NCBI GenBank assembly: GCA_963847625.1
Contig: CAWKAR010000033.1
Coordinates: forward strand, 74,449 to 138,448
From: a candidate division FCPU426 bacterium
Lineage (GTDB): Bacteria > Oederibacteriota > Muellerivitia > Muellerivitales > Muellerivitaceae
Reading direction: 5' to 3'
Length of the DNA stretch: 64,000 bases
Positions 56,111-64,000 of this stretch are shown piece after piece; the stretch's first letter is position 1, and each line of letters begins with the position of its first letter. The position numbers were made by a program, and so were the translations under genes. Under the pieces are notes generated by a model. That model ran no database searches, had not been told where the DNA came from, and saw only the letters and a list, made by a program, of their open reading frames with translations.

Positions 56111-57277
56111 CTACTGTGTCCGTTGTCCTAGGGGCTGCTTTAATAACCTGGCCGGCCGGCCCCATTTATTCCGGAAAAATAAATTGGCGGGCATTTCAAA
56201 AAAGCGGTAGGACAAGTAGGCGATGGCGACAACAGCACCCGTGAAAAGAAGAAAAGCCAAGTATTCGTTTTTTCCCTCTAAAAACGGCCAAAGGAAAAAG
56301 AGGATCAAAGGGTGAAGCAGATATCCTCCGTAACTTAACTGACCCGGGAAGCCCAGCCATTTCCATCCTTTGGAACCGAAGAAATCCAGGTAAATTCCCC
56401 CGAGAATGAAAAAGAACGCCCCAAACCCCACGCAAGTGAACCCGTAAGCGTGGTTCCAAAAATCAGCCTTGTAGTCCCGGTGAAAGTAATTGAGTAAAAA
56501 CAAGGCCAGCCCACTGAGGCAGAAATACAGGCTTTCAGCCTTATTGGCATTGAGCCGGGCTCCCATGCGTTCAGTGACTAGGTATAACAAGCAACCCATG
56601 GCAATCCAGCTGTAGGGTTGGAGTGGGTAAATATCCAGCAAGATATGGCGGGGAGAAAATAGAAGCTGGAGGACATTGAATAGAGGGGGAAAAAATATGA
56701 TCACCGTGAGGAAGACGACCAGCTTTCTCATGTTGCCGAGCCGGTTTAAAACGAGGGGGTAAAACAGATAGAACTGTTCCTCCACCGACAAGCTCCAAAG
56801 CAAGTCCCAGTGCAATCCATAGTTGGGGGTGGCCATGGAATTTGCCTGTTGGAACCAGTTGAACCAAAAAGTGCAGATCGATATCCAAAATGGAGGGGAA
56901 AAAGAGGCATGTGGATTCTTAATGCAAGTTTCATACGGCTGGGAGGCGGCGTGCGGGATCGAAAGCGCGATCATTCCAAGAACGATTGACAGGGAAAGCA
57001 GCGGGACGATCCGTCCGAAACGCCGGGCGTAGAAATCCCTGAAATCCGGCTGGAAAAGACCCCGCGGGTTTGACGCGATCAACCGGGTGATGACAAAGCC
57101 GGAGACCACAAAAAAAACCGCCACGCCCAGGGCGCCGTTGTACCAAAGCTTCCACCAAAGCGCCGCCAGAAAGGGGGGCGAGGAGGGGTGGGTGATGAAC
57201 CGTTGGCCCAAATGAACGCTTAAAACCGCCAGGATGGAAAAAGTGCGGGCCAAATCAATAACGGGGATTCGTTTCAT
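56111..57277 (-). CDS. acyltransferase family 3 (OafA/OatA-like) membrane protein
   Basis: N-terminal IPVIDLARTFSILAVLSVHL and about 10 TM helices, typical of Acyl_transf_3. Confidence 0.7.
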   Translation of the reverse strand: MKRIPVIDLARTFSILAVLSVHLGQRFITHPSSPPFLAALWWKLWYNGALGVAVFFVVSGFVITRLIASNPRGLFQPDFRDFYARRFGRIVPLLSLSIVLGMIALSIPHAASQPYETCIKNPHASFSPPFWISICTFWFNWFQQANSMATPNYGLHWDLLWSLSVEEQFYLFYPLVLNRLGNMRKLVVFLTVIIFFPPLFNVLQLLFSPRHILLDIYPLQPYSWIAMGCLLYLVTERMGARLNANKAESLYFCLSGLALFLLNYFHRDYKADFWNHAYGFTCVGFGAFFFILGGIYLDFFGSKGWKWLGFPGQLSYGGYLLHPLILFFLWPFLEGKNEYLAFLLFTGAVVAIAYLSYRFFEMPANLFFRNKWGRPARLLKQPLGQRTQ

Positions 57278-57565
57278 GGATATGGGGTTTCCTGGAAAAA
57301 AAGGTTTTAAGAAATCCTTGGGTTATTAAATCGCTTTATTTTAACAATATGCCACTTGTACAACTGGATTAAGTCGGTTGTTGGGAATTCCACAAGGGGA
57401 AAAGTCCTAAAATTCCTTATTTTCCCTGAGAAGGAAAAGGATATGCCTATGCGGGAATGGCATGATCCATGCGGGATGGATCGAGCAACTTCCATCCGGG
57501 TGCCGAAGGGATTGTTGGTATAATTAATAGATATCCGTGATTTTCCTTCCCTAAGGCGGGTCCCT

Positions 57566-60500
57566 TTGAAGCCCCTATTCGGCAAAATTTCCAAACTTTG
57601 TTTGGCCGGCTTAGCTTTAAGCCTGTTTCCCCAGGCGGCGACAGCCGCGTCCATCCTAGGGCATATCAAGATCGACAACTTCGGTTACCGAACGGCCGAC
57701 CAAAAGATCGCTTATTTCACCGCCAACCCCGGCACCAGTGTGGGAGTGTACAACGCCGCGACCAGCACTCTGGCTTACACCACCACCACCATCACCAGCA
57801 AGGGGACCGACCCGACGAACCCGCAAATTTCCGGGGACACTTTATGGTGGGTCGATTTTTCCGCCTTTACCACGGCCGGACAGTACTATTTGTATTCCTC
57901 CACCCTGAACGAACAGTCCTATAACTTCACGATCTCCGATTCCGTCTACCAGGCCCCCATGTCGGCCACCCTCAAGGCCATCTATTACCAAAGGTGCGGG
58001 ACCGCCAAACCCGCGGCTTATACCGGGGCCAACTGGTCCGACGCCGCCGCCTGCCATACCTCGGACGCGACGTGCGCACCGGCGTCCGGCTGCACCTTTC
58101 CCAACGCCTACGGCACCCTGAACCTGTCGGGCGGCTGGCACGACGCCGGGGATTACAACAAGTACATTGGCTCCACGCCCTCCGGGTCCTGCGCCAGCTG
58201 GGGAGGGGACAGCGGGGAAGCCCTTTGGGACCTGCTCACGGCCTACGAGTGGAACCCCACCCTTTTCGCGGGCATCACCAGCAACATCCCCGAGTCAGGC
58301 AACGGCATTCCCGATATCCTCAACGAGGCCAAGTGGGAATTGGACTGGTACCTGAAGATGCAGATGACGGATAACCATATTCTTTCGGTTGTTCATGCGC
58401 CGGGGGGAGGTGGGTCCTCTCCCCCCAGCGCTGATACCACCGCGCGCAATTACTATCCCCCCAACCCCGCGGGGGAGGCCCAGTTTGTCGCCATCATGTC
58501 CCACGCCGCCCGGGTGATGTCCGGGGTCTCGGGGCTGGCCAGCTACGCGGTGACTCTTCGAACCGCCGCCGAGAAAACCTGGAACAGCTTCGTGGCCACG
58601 GCCGCCTCCAGCGACCAGCGGTTCTGGGCCGCCGCCGAGATCTTCCGCATGGAAGAGGCCCTGGGCGGGCCGGCCTCCATCACCAGCGCGGCGCAATCCA
58701 TCGTGGATAACTATGAGGCCTGGAACGGTTTCTGGCTCAATGAGGATTTATTCCAGCAGAATTGGGGCATGTTGACCTATATGCAGGCCACCAACGCCAC
58801 GGCATCGATCGTTACCTATATGAAGGCGGATTGGGGCGTTTTGATGGGCGACCTCTTCGGCCAGAACGATTATTACAACTCGGGCATGCACAGTTACGAC
58901 TATTTCTGGGGGGCCGACGAGGTGAAGATGAACTATGGCATGCAACTGGTTTGGGCCTCCAAGCTGGGCGCGACGGGGACCTACACCAGCGCCCAGTGCC
59001 TGCAACACGCCGAGGACTTCATTCATTATATGAACGGAAGCAACCCGATCAACATGACCCTCATGACCAACGCGGCCGCCCTGGGCGCCTCCCACGGGGT
59101 TTGGCGGATTTACCACCAATGGTTCGGCAATTACAGCGTCACTTCTTCCTATAACAATTTCATCGGCAAACCCGCCTCGGTCATCGACCCGCTCTACCCT
59201 TATTTCGCGGGAACGGATAATTTCGGCATCAGCGATAGCGGCCCTTCCAGCTTCGGCCCTCCTCCGGGAATCGTTCCGGATGGGCCCGGCCACGGGTACG
59301 CCGCCGACAATGGAACAGCCCAGCCGCCCATGTTGGCTGGCAACGTGGAACCTCCCTATGAAAAAGAATACCGGGATTGGGATTGGGTGGACCCCAATGG
59401 CAACCAAAGTGTGCCCTGGGTCGTGAATGAAACGGGCCTTTATTACACCGGTTCCTACATGGCCCTGGCCTCGTTCTTTGTCACTTCCACCAGCACCACG
59501 CCCACGAATACGCCGACCATTTCGTCCACACCAACCCGGACGCTCACTCCCACCAATACGCCGACGCCGATCTCTACCGCGACCCGGACGAATTCGCCCA
59601 CCAATACGGCAACACCCACGCCAACCGCAACCAGGACGAATTCGCCCACCAATACGGCGACCCCGACTACAACCCCGACCAGGACGAATTCACCCACCAA
59701 TACGGCGACCCCGACTACAACCCCGACCAGGACGAATTCGCCCACGGCTTCGACTACGGCAACTCCTACGTCGTCGCCTACGCTCACCGCTACGCCTTCG
59801 GCTTCGCCAACGGCAACCAGGACGAACACCCCGACGAATACGGTCACGATTACACCCACGAATACTTCAACCAGCACCCCCACCAATACGGCGATCCCGA
59901 CCTCAACCCCGACCAGGACGAATTCGCCCACCAATACGATCACAGCTACACCCACGAATACGGCAACACCCACGCCAACCGCAACCAGGACGAACACCCC
60001 GACGAATACTGTCACGATTACACCCACGAATACTTCAACCAGCACCCCCACCAATACGGCGATCCCGACCTCAACCCCAACCAGGACGAATTCGCCTACC
60101 AATACGATCACGGCTACACCCACGAATACGGCAACACCCACGCCAACTGCAACCAGGACGAACACCCCGACGAATACGGTCACGATTACACCCACGAATA
60201 CGCTGACACCCACGCCTTCCGCAACTAGGACGAATACGCCCACCTCTACTCCCACCGCAACAGCCACCAGTACACCGACAGTGACACCTACGGTTACCAA
60301 TACCAGCACGGGAACCACATCACCCACACCGACCTACACGAACACCCTGACTCGTACGCTGACTCCTACATCCACGAATACGGCTACCTCTACCCCAACT
60401 CCGACAGTAACAAACACGTCCACCAACACATCCACAGCGACGCCGACTAGGTCACTTACTCCCACCTCCACAAACACTCCGTCGAACACGCCCACAGCTA

Positions 60501-62803
60501 CTCTGACGAATACTTTAACCAGTACGAGAACGAATACGCCGGCCTCTACCCCCACTGCCACGGCCAGCAATACACCGACAGTGACTTCCACGGTCACCAA
60601 TACCAGCACAGGAACCACATCTCCCACGCCGACTTTCACGAACACCCCCACCCGGACCCAAACTTCAACACCCACGAATACGGCAACTTCTACCCCGACT
60701 CCGACGGCGACCAACTCTTCCACAAGCACGCCTACGGCGACACCGACTAGGACCTTGACTCCCACTTCCACGAATACCCCGTCGAATACGGCGACAGCCA
60801 CGCCGACGAACACTTTAACCAGTACAAGAACGAATACGCCGACCTCTACCCCCACCGCCACGGCCACCAGTACACCGACGGTTACGCCTACAATCACCAA
60901 TACCAGCACGGGAACCACATCACCCACACCGACTTATACCAACACCCCCACCCGGACCCAAACTCCAACACTCACAAATACGGCAACTTCTACCCCGACT
61001 CCGACGGTGACCAACTCTTCCACAAGCACGCCTCCGGCGACACCGACTAGGACCTTGACTCCCACTTCCACGAATACCCCGTCGAATACGGCGACAGCCA
61101 CGCCGACGAACACTTTAACCAGTACAAGAACGAATACGCCGACCTCTACCCCCACCGCCACGGCCAGCAATACACCGACGGTGACGCCTACGGTTACCAA
61201 TACCACCACGGGAACCACATCTCCCACGCCGACTTACACCAACACCCCAACCCGGACCCAAACTCCAACACCCGCGAATACGGCAACTTCTACCCCGACT
61301 CCGACGGTGACCAACTCTTCCACCAACACGGCTACGGCGACACCGACTAGGACCTTAACTCCCACATCCACAAATACCCCGTCGAATACGGCGACAGTCA
61401 CGCCGACTAACACTTTAACCAGTACGAGAACGAATACGCCGACCTCTACCCCCACCGCCACGGCCAGCAGTACACCGACGGTGACGCCTACGGTCACCAA
61501 TTCCAACACGGGAACCACATCACCCACACCGACTTACACCAACACCCCAACCCGGACCCAAACTCCAACACCCACAAATACGGCAACTTCTACCCAGACT
61601 CCGACGGTGACCAACTCTTCCACCAACACGCCTCCGGCGACACCGACTAGGACACCGAGTGCGAGTGCAACGCCCTCCAGCACCCAAACTTTTACACCAA
61701 CATCGAGCTGGACCGCCTCCCAGACTCCAACGACTTCTTCGACATTAACTGGGACTCCCACATCCACGAATACCCCGTCGAATACGGCGACAGCCACGCC
61801 GACCCATACATTGACGGGGACCTCTACGCCCACCCTGACGAACACTTTAACCAGCACGAGGACGAATACGCCGACGGTGACGTCTACAGTCACCAATACC
61901 AACACCGGGACTCAATCGCCCACGCCCACTGCGACTAACACGTCCACGGTTACCAACAGCGCGACAGCCTCCCAGACTCCTACGGCTTCCTTAACATCAA
62001 CTGGGACGCCGACTTATACGCTGACCGGGACATCTACCAGCACGCCGACAAGCACCCCAAGCGCGACAGCGAGTTCGACAAGCTCACCGTCACCCTCCCA
62101 CACTCCTACGGCTTCCTTAACATCAACTGGGACGCCCACTTATACGCTGACCGGGACATCGACGGATTCGATGACGCCTACGGCGTCCCTCACCGCTACG
62201 CCTTCGGCTTCGCCAACACCGACACCAACGCCTACGAACACTTCCACCCCAACCCGTACGATGACAAATACGCCGACGATAACCTCTACCAACAGCACGA
62301 CGAACTCGCCCACTTCCACGTCAACCTATACTGAGACGCCGACAGCGACAGACACCCCAACGGCTACATCCACAACCACAACCACCAATACGGAAACAGC
62401 AACCCCCACTGCGACTTTCACGGTCAACCTGACTTTTACGTCGGCCAGCACCTCCACGAACACCCCTGCGGTTTCGGCAACAGCTACGGCCACTTCGACG
62501 GGAACTGCCGCTCCCGTTGGGAAAAATGGAGTGGTTGTTTATCCAAACCCAGTGAGAGGCCCAGGTCCGGTGACGATCCGCATTGCCTTAACCCAAAGGG
62601 AATCACTTGTTCGGGTGGAGATATTTACGCTGGCCTTCCGGAAAGTGAATGAGATTGATCTCATCCAAGTGCCGGCGGGGATTACCCCTCTTACCATCCC
62701 CCTGACGGACAAGGGAGGAAAACCCCTAGCCAATGGAATCTATTACGTGGTTGTCCAAACGCCCCAGGGCCGACAAATCGTTAAAATGTTGATTCTGCGT
62801 TAA
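57566..62803 (+). CDS. secreted giant glycoside hydrolase family 9-like protein. It has an N-terminal Ig-like/GH9 catalytic region, an about 1000-aa Thr/Pro/Ser/Asn-rich tandem-repeat stalk, and a C-terminal T9SS-like sorting/beta-sandwich domain
   Basis: TTG start with AAGG upstream and signal peptide [19 protein letters not shown]9 signatures [12 protein letters not shown] and [19 protein letters not shown]-rich repeats. C-terminal [11 protein letters not shown]...IVKMLILR resembles a T9SS CTD (YPNP motif, basic hydrophobic end). Confidence 0.75.
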   Translation: MKPLFGKISKLCLAGLALSLFPQAATAASILGHIKIDNFGYRTADQKIAYFTANPGTSVGVYNAATSTLAYTTTTITSKGTDPTNPQISGDTLWWVDFSAFTTAGQYYLYSSTLNEQSYNFTISDSVYQAPMSATLKAIYYQRCGTAKPAAYTGANWSDAAACHTSDATCAPASGCTFPNAYGTLNLSGGWHDAGDYNKYIGSTPSGSCASWGGDSGEALWDLLTAYEWNPTLFAGITSNIPESGNGIPDILNEAKWELDWYLKMQMTDNHILSVVHAPGGGGSSPPSADTTARNYYPPNPAGEAQFVAIMSHAARVMSGVSGLASYAVTLRTAAEKTWNSFVATAASSDQRFWAAAEIFRMEEALGGPASITSAAQSIVDNYEAWNGFWLNEDLFQQNWGMLTYMQATNATASIVTYMKADWGVLMGDLFGQNDYYNSGMHSYDYFWGADEVKMNYGMQLVWASKLGATGTYTSAQCLQHAEDFIHYMNGSNPINMTLMTNAAALGASHGVWRIYHQWFGNYSVTSSYNNFIGKPASVIDPLYPYFAGTDNFGISDSGPSSFGPPPGIVPDGPGHGYAADNGTAQPPMLAGNVEPPYEKEYRDWDWVDPNGNQSVPWVVNETGLYYTGSYMALASFFVTSTSTTPTNTPTISSTPTRTLTPTNTPTPISTATRTNSPTNTATPTPTATRTNSPTNTATPTTTPTRTNSPTNTATPTTTPTRTNSPTASTTATPTSSPTLTATPSASPTATRTNTPTNTVTITPTNTSTSTPTNTAIPTSTPTRTNSPTNTITATPTNTATPTPTATRTNTPTNTVTITPTNTSTSTPTNTAIPTSTPTRTNSPTNTITATPTNTATPTPTATRTNTPTNTVTITPTNTLTPTPSATRTNTPTSTPTATATSTPTVTPTVTNTSTGTTSPTPTYTNTLTRTLTPTSTNTATSTPTPTVTNTSTNTSTATPTRSLTPTSTNTPSNTPTATLTNTLTSTRTNTPASTPTATASNTPTVTSTVTNTSTGTTSPTPTFTNTPTRTQTSTPTNTATSTPTPTATNSSTSTPTATPTRTLTPTSTNTPSNTATATPTNTLTSTRTNTPTSTPTATATSTPTVTPTITNTSTGTTSPTPTYTNTPTRTQTPTLTNTATSTPTPTVTNSSTSTPPATPTRTLTPTSTNTPSNTATATPTNTLTSTRTNTPTSTPTATASNTPTVTPTVTNTTTGTTSPTPTYTNTPTRTQTPTPANTATSTPTPTVTNSSTNTATATPTRTLTPTSTNTPSNTATVTPTNTLTSTRTNTPTSTPTATASSTPTVTPTVTNSNTGTTSPTPTYTNTPTRTQTPTPTNTATSTQTPTVTNSSTNTPPATPTRTPSASATPSSTQTFTPTSSWTASQTPTTSSTLTGTPTSTNTPSNTATATPTHTLTGTSTPTLTNTLTSTRTNTPTVTSTVTNTNTGTQSPTPTATNTSTVTNSATASQTPTASLTSTGTPTYTLTGTSTSTPTSTPSATASSTSSPSPSHTPTASLTSTGTPTYTLTGTSTDSMTPTASLTATPSASPTPTPTPTNTSTPTRTMTNTPTITSTNSTTNSPTSTSTYTETPTATDTPTATSTTTTTNTETATPTATFTVNLTFTSASTSTNTPAVSATATATSTGTAAPVGKNGVVVYPNPVRGPGPVTIRIALTQRESLVRVEIFTLAFRKVNEIDLIQVPAGITPLTIPLTDKGGKPLANGIYYVVVQTPQGRQIVKMLILR
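59487..62515 (+). repeat. coding low-complexity Thr/Pro-rich region with nested tandem repeats. The units are about 51 nt, about 168 nt (two copies from 59811) and 300 nt (five in-phase copies, 60226..61725)
   Basis: The 50-mers at 60301, 60601, 60901, 61201 and 61501 (taccagcacgggaaccacat...) are near-identical at exactly 300-nt spacing. The blocks at 59811 and 59979 are near-identical. Confidence 0.85.
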
Positions 62804-63090
62804 GCCATTGTCCTTCTAGTGGATCCCATCAAACTCAATTCCAAAAACACGGTACGTTTCTTTTCCTGATGAGGTCCAATACTTAGTGAAAGCGTTTTAA
62901 TTCTGCGATTTTCCCAGCGAATTCGTTGATTTTATTCAGCATCGCTTGTATTCCTTTGCGGAGGGGAGTGATAAAATTATATTCTCGGTAAATTTTATTA
63001 AAAATCTGAAAACGTTTTTATGAAATTGAGACCTTAACATTCATTTCAAGTTAAAAAAATAAATTGGAACCGGTTACGGAAAATAGAACA

Positions 63091-64000
63091 ATGAAGAGTA
63101 AAAATAATCCCAAAGAAAAAATAAATACTTATACCTGGGTTCGAAACGAACTTGCCTGGATGGCATTGGCCCTCGTAATCCTAGGCTTAATGACCCCTGC
63201 CCAAGGCCAAGTCACCGGTAGCGGCAACGGGCTTTGCGCCGCCTATTACTCGGGCGAGAATTTTGATACTTTTTATTACAACGAACTCGATACCACCATC
63301 AACTTCAACTGGCCGGCAAACGGCGTGGCTCCTTCCAACGGTTCCGTAACCATTCCCAATGGCCCCTTTTCGGTCAAGTGGACCGGCATGATTATGGCTT
63401 CCTATTCCGAGCCCTATACTTTTTGTACCGCCAGCGATGACGGCGCGAGGCTTTGGATCAATGGGGTGCAGCTTGTCAACGCCTGGGTGGACCAGGGTTC
63501 CACCACCTACTGCGGGTCCATCACCCTGGTGGCGGGACAATACTACGACATTGAGATGGATTATTACGAGAACGGGGTCGGACCGGCCAACGCCCAGCTC
63601 TTATGGTCTTCCACCAGCACGACCCAGCAAATTATCCCCCAAAGCCAGCTTTATTGTTCCTGCCTGGGGCCCACCAAGTCCGTCAACACCAAGGTCGCAT
63701 CAGTTGGGAGCACCATCACCTACGTCCTGACCAACACCGATTGCGGTAGCGCCGTTTCAAATGCCTTGGTTTGGGACACATTACCTTCCTACGTCACCTA
63801 CATTTCCAGCAACCCTCCGCCCACCACCTCCAACAATCCCTATTATCTTTGGAACATCGGCTCCGTGGCCGCCAGCCAAGTCTACTCAGTCACCATCGTG
63901 GCTCGGGTGACTTCCGGCACCAACGGCACGGTCGTGAACAACTGGTCGGCGGACACGGCAGGCGGTCTTCCGCCCGAAGTATCCAATGATGCTTCCTTCA
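63091..64000 (+). CDS. secreted PA14-domain protein with downstream DUF11-like repeat region; 3' end truncated by the window edge
   Basis: Signal peptide LAWMALALVILGLMTPAQG. PA14 consensus (LCAAYYSGENF..FSVKWTGMI..YTFCTASDDGARLWINGVQLVNAW..ITLVAGQYYDIEMDYYENGG.A..QLLWSS). No stop codon before nt 64000. Confidence 0.7.
   Translation, partial: MKSKNNPKEKINTYTWVRNELAWMALALVILGLMTPAQGQVTGSGNGLCAAYYSGENFDTFYYNELDTTINFNWPANGVAPSNGSVTIPNGPFSVKWTGMIMASYSEPYTFCTASDDGARLWINGVQLVNAWVDQGSTTYCGSITLVAGQYYDIEMDYYENGVGPANAQLLWSSTSTTQQIIPQSQLYCSCLGPTKSVNTKVASVGSTITYVLTNTDCGSAVSNALVWDTLPSYVTYISSNPPPTTSNNPYYLWNIGSVAASQVYSVTIVARVTSGTNGTVVNNWSADTAGGLPPEVSNDASF

Noticed and set aside
59427-60206. Plus-strand 259-aa Pro/Arg-rich ORF ([11 protein letters not shown]...)
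   Set aside because: It is an alternate frame of the same TP-repeat DNA inside the GH9 gene and is compositionally artefactual.
59455-61905. Five minus-strand ORFs of 97 to 290 aa (59455..60327, 60334..60927, 60934..61227, 61234..61527, 61534..61905) composed almost entirely of Val/Gly ([15 protein letters not shown]...)
   Set aside because: These are antisense reading frames of the Thr/Pro-rich ACN/CCN repeat codons of the GH9 gene. They are low complexity with 300-nt periodicity mirroring the sense-strand repeats, and have no start or RBS context.
1-64000. Search for CRISPR arrays, transposases, integrases, toxin-antitoxin pairs or phage genes
   Set aside because: I found no short regularly spaced direct repeats and no ORFs with DDE/tyrosine-recombinase-like motifs. 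The only repeats are the coding TP repeats, the hpnD-fragment duplication and the two-copy intergenic palindromic element.

Overview
This 64-kb window looks like a contiguous bacterial chromosomal segment of moderate-to-high GC. I saw no CRISPR array, transposase, integrase or phage genes. The core genes I can support are ispH, a divergent addB/addA helicase-nuclease pair, a split transketolase (N- and C-terminal subunits), pcm, one tRNA-Val(CAC) with an intrinsic terminator, an MrpB/C/D-like antiporter module and a family-3 acyltransferase.

The window is dominated by an unusual expansion of GT-C-fold polytopic membrane glycosyltransferases (PMT/ArnT/TMTC-like). There are 11 paralogs: seven carry a C-terminal periplasmic domain ending in TPR-like repeats, one carries a C-terminal PA14 domain, and three have neither. 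Three of the TPR paralogs are translationally coupled, and two of them share near-identical DNA stretches.

Plausible partners are encoded in the same window:
- a fused SDR sugar epimerase/dehydratase plus ArnC/DPM1-like GT2 (a likely polyprenyl-phosphate-sugar donor synthase);
- an MBOAT plus AlgX/AlgJ-like SGNH plus 40-aa peptide O-acylation module;
- a second SGNH domain fused to an NHL propeller;
- a sulfotransferase-like / GT2 / hypothetical operon;
- a 1745-aa secreted GH9 glycoside hydrolase with a roughly 1000-aa Thr/Pro-rich tandem-repeat stalk and a T9SS-like C-terminal domain, a plausible O-glycosylation substrate.

The squalene genes hpnC, hpnD and hpnE are present but split apart by inserted GT-C genes. 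A 161-bp duplicated copy of the hpnD 5' end and an AT-rich non-coding island mark the insertion site.

Four further points are worth flagging:
- a spermidine-synthase-like membrane gene is frameshifted at a T8 tract;
- a roughly 80-nt palindromic intergenic element occurs in two copies;
- a bidirectional terminator-like hairpin sits in a divergent promoter region;
- the window ends inside a PA14/DUF11-like surface protein.

All functional calls rest on motifs I read in the translations; no database search was run.
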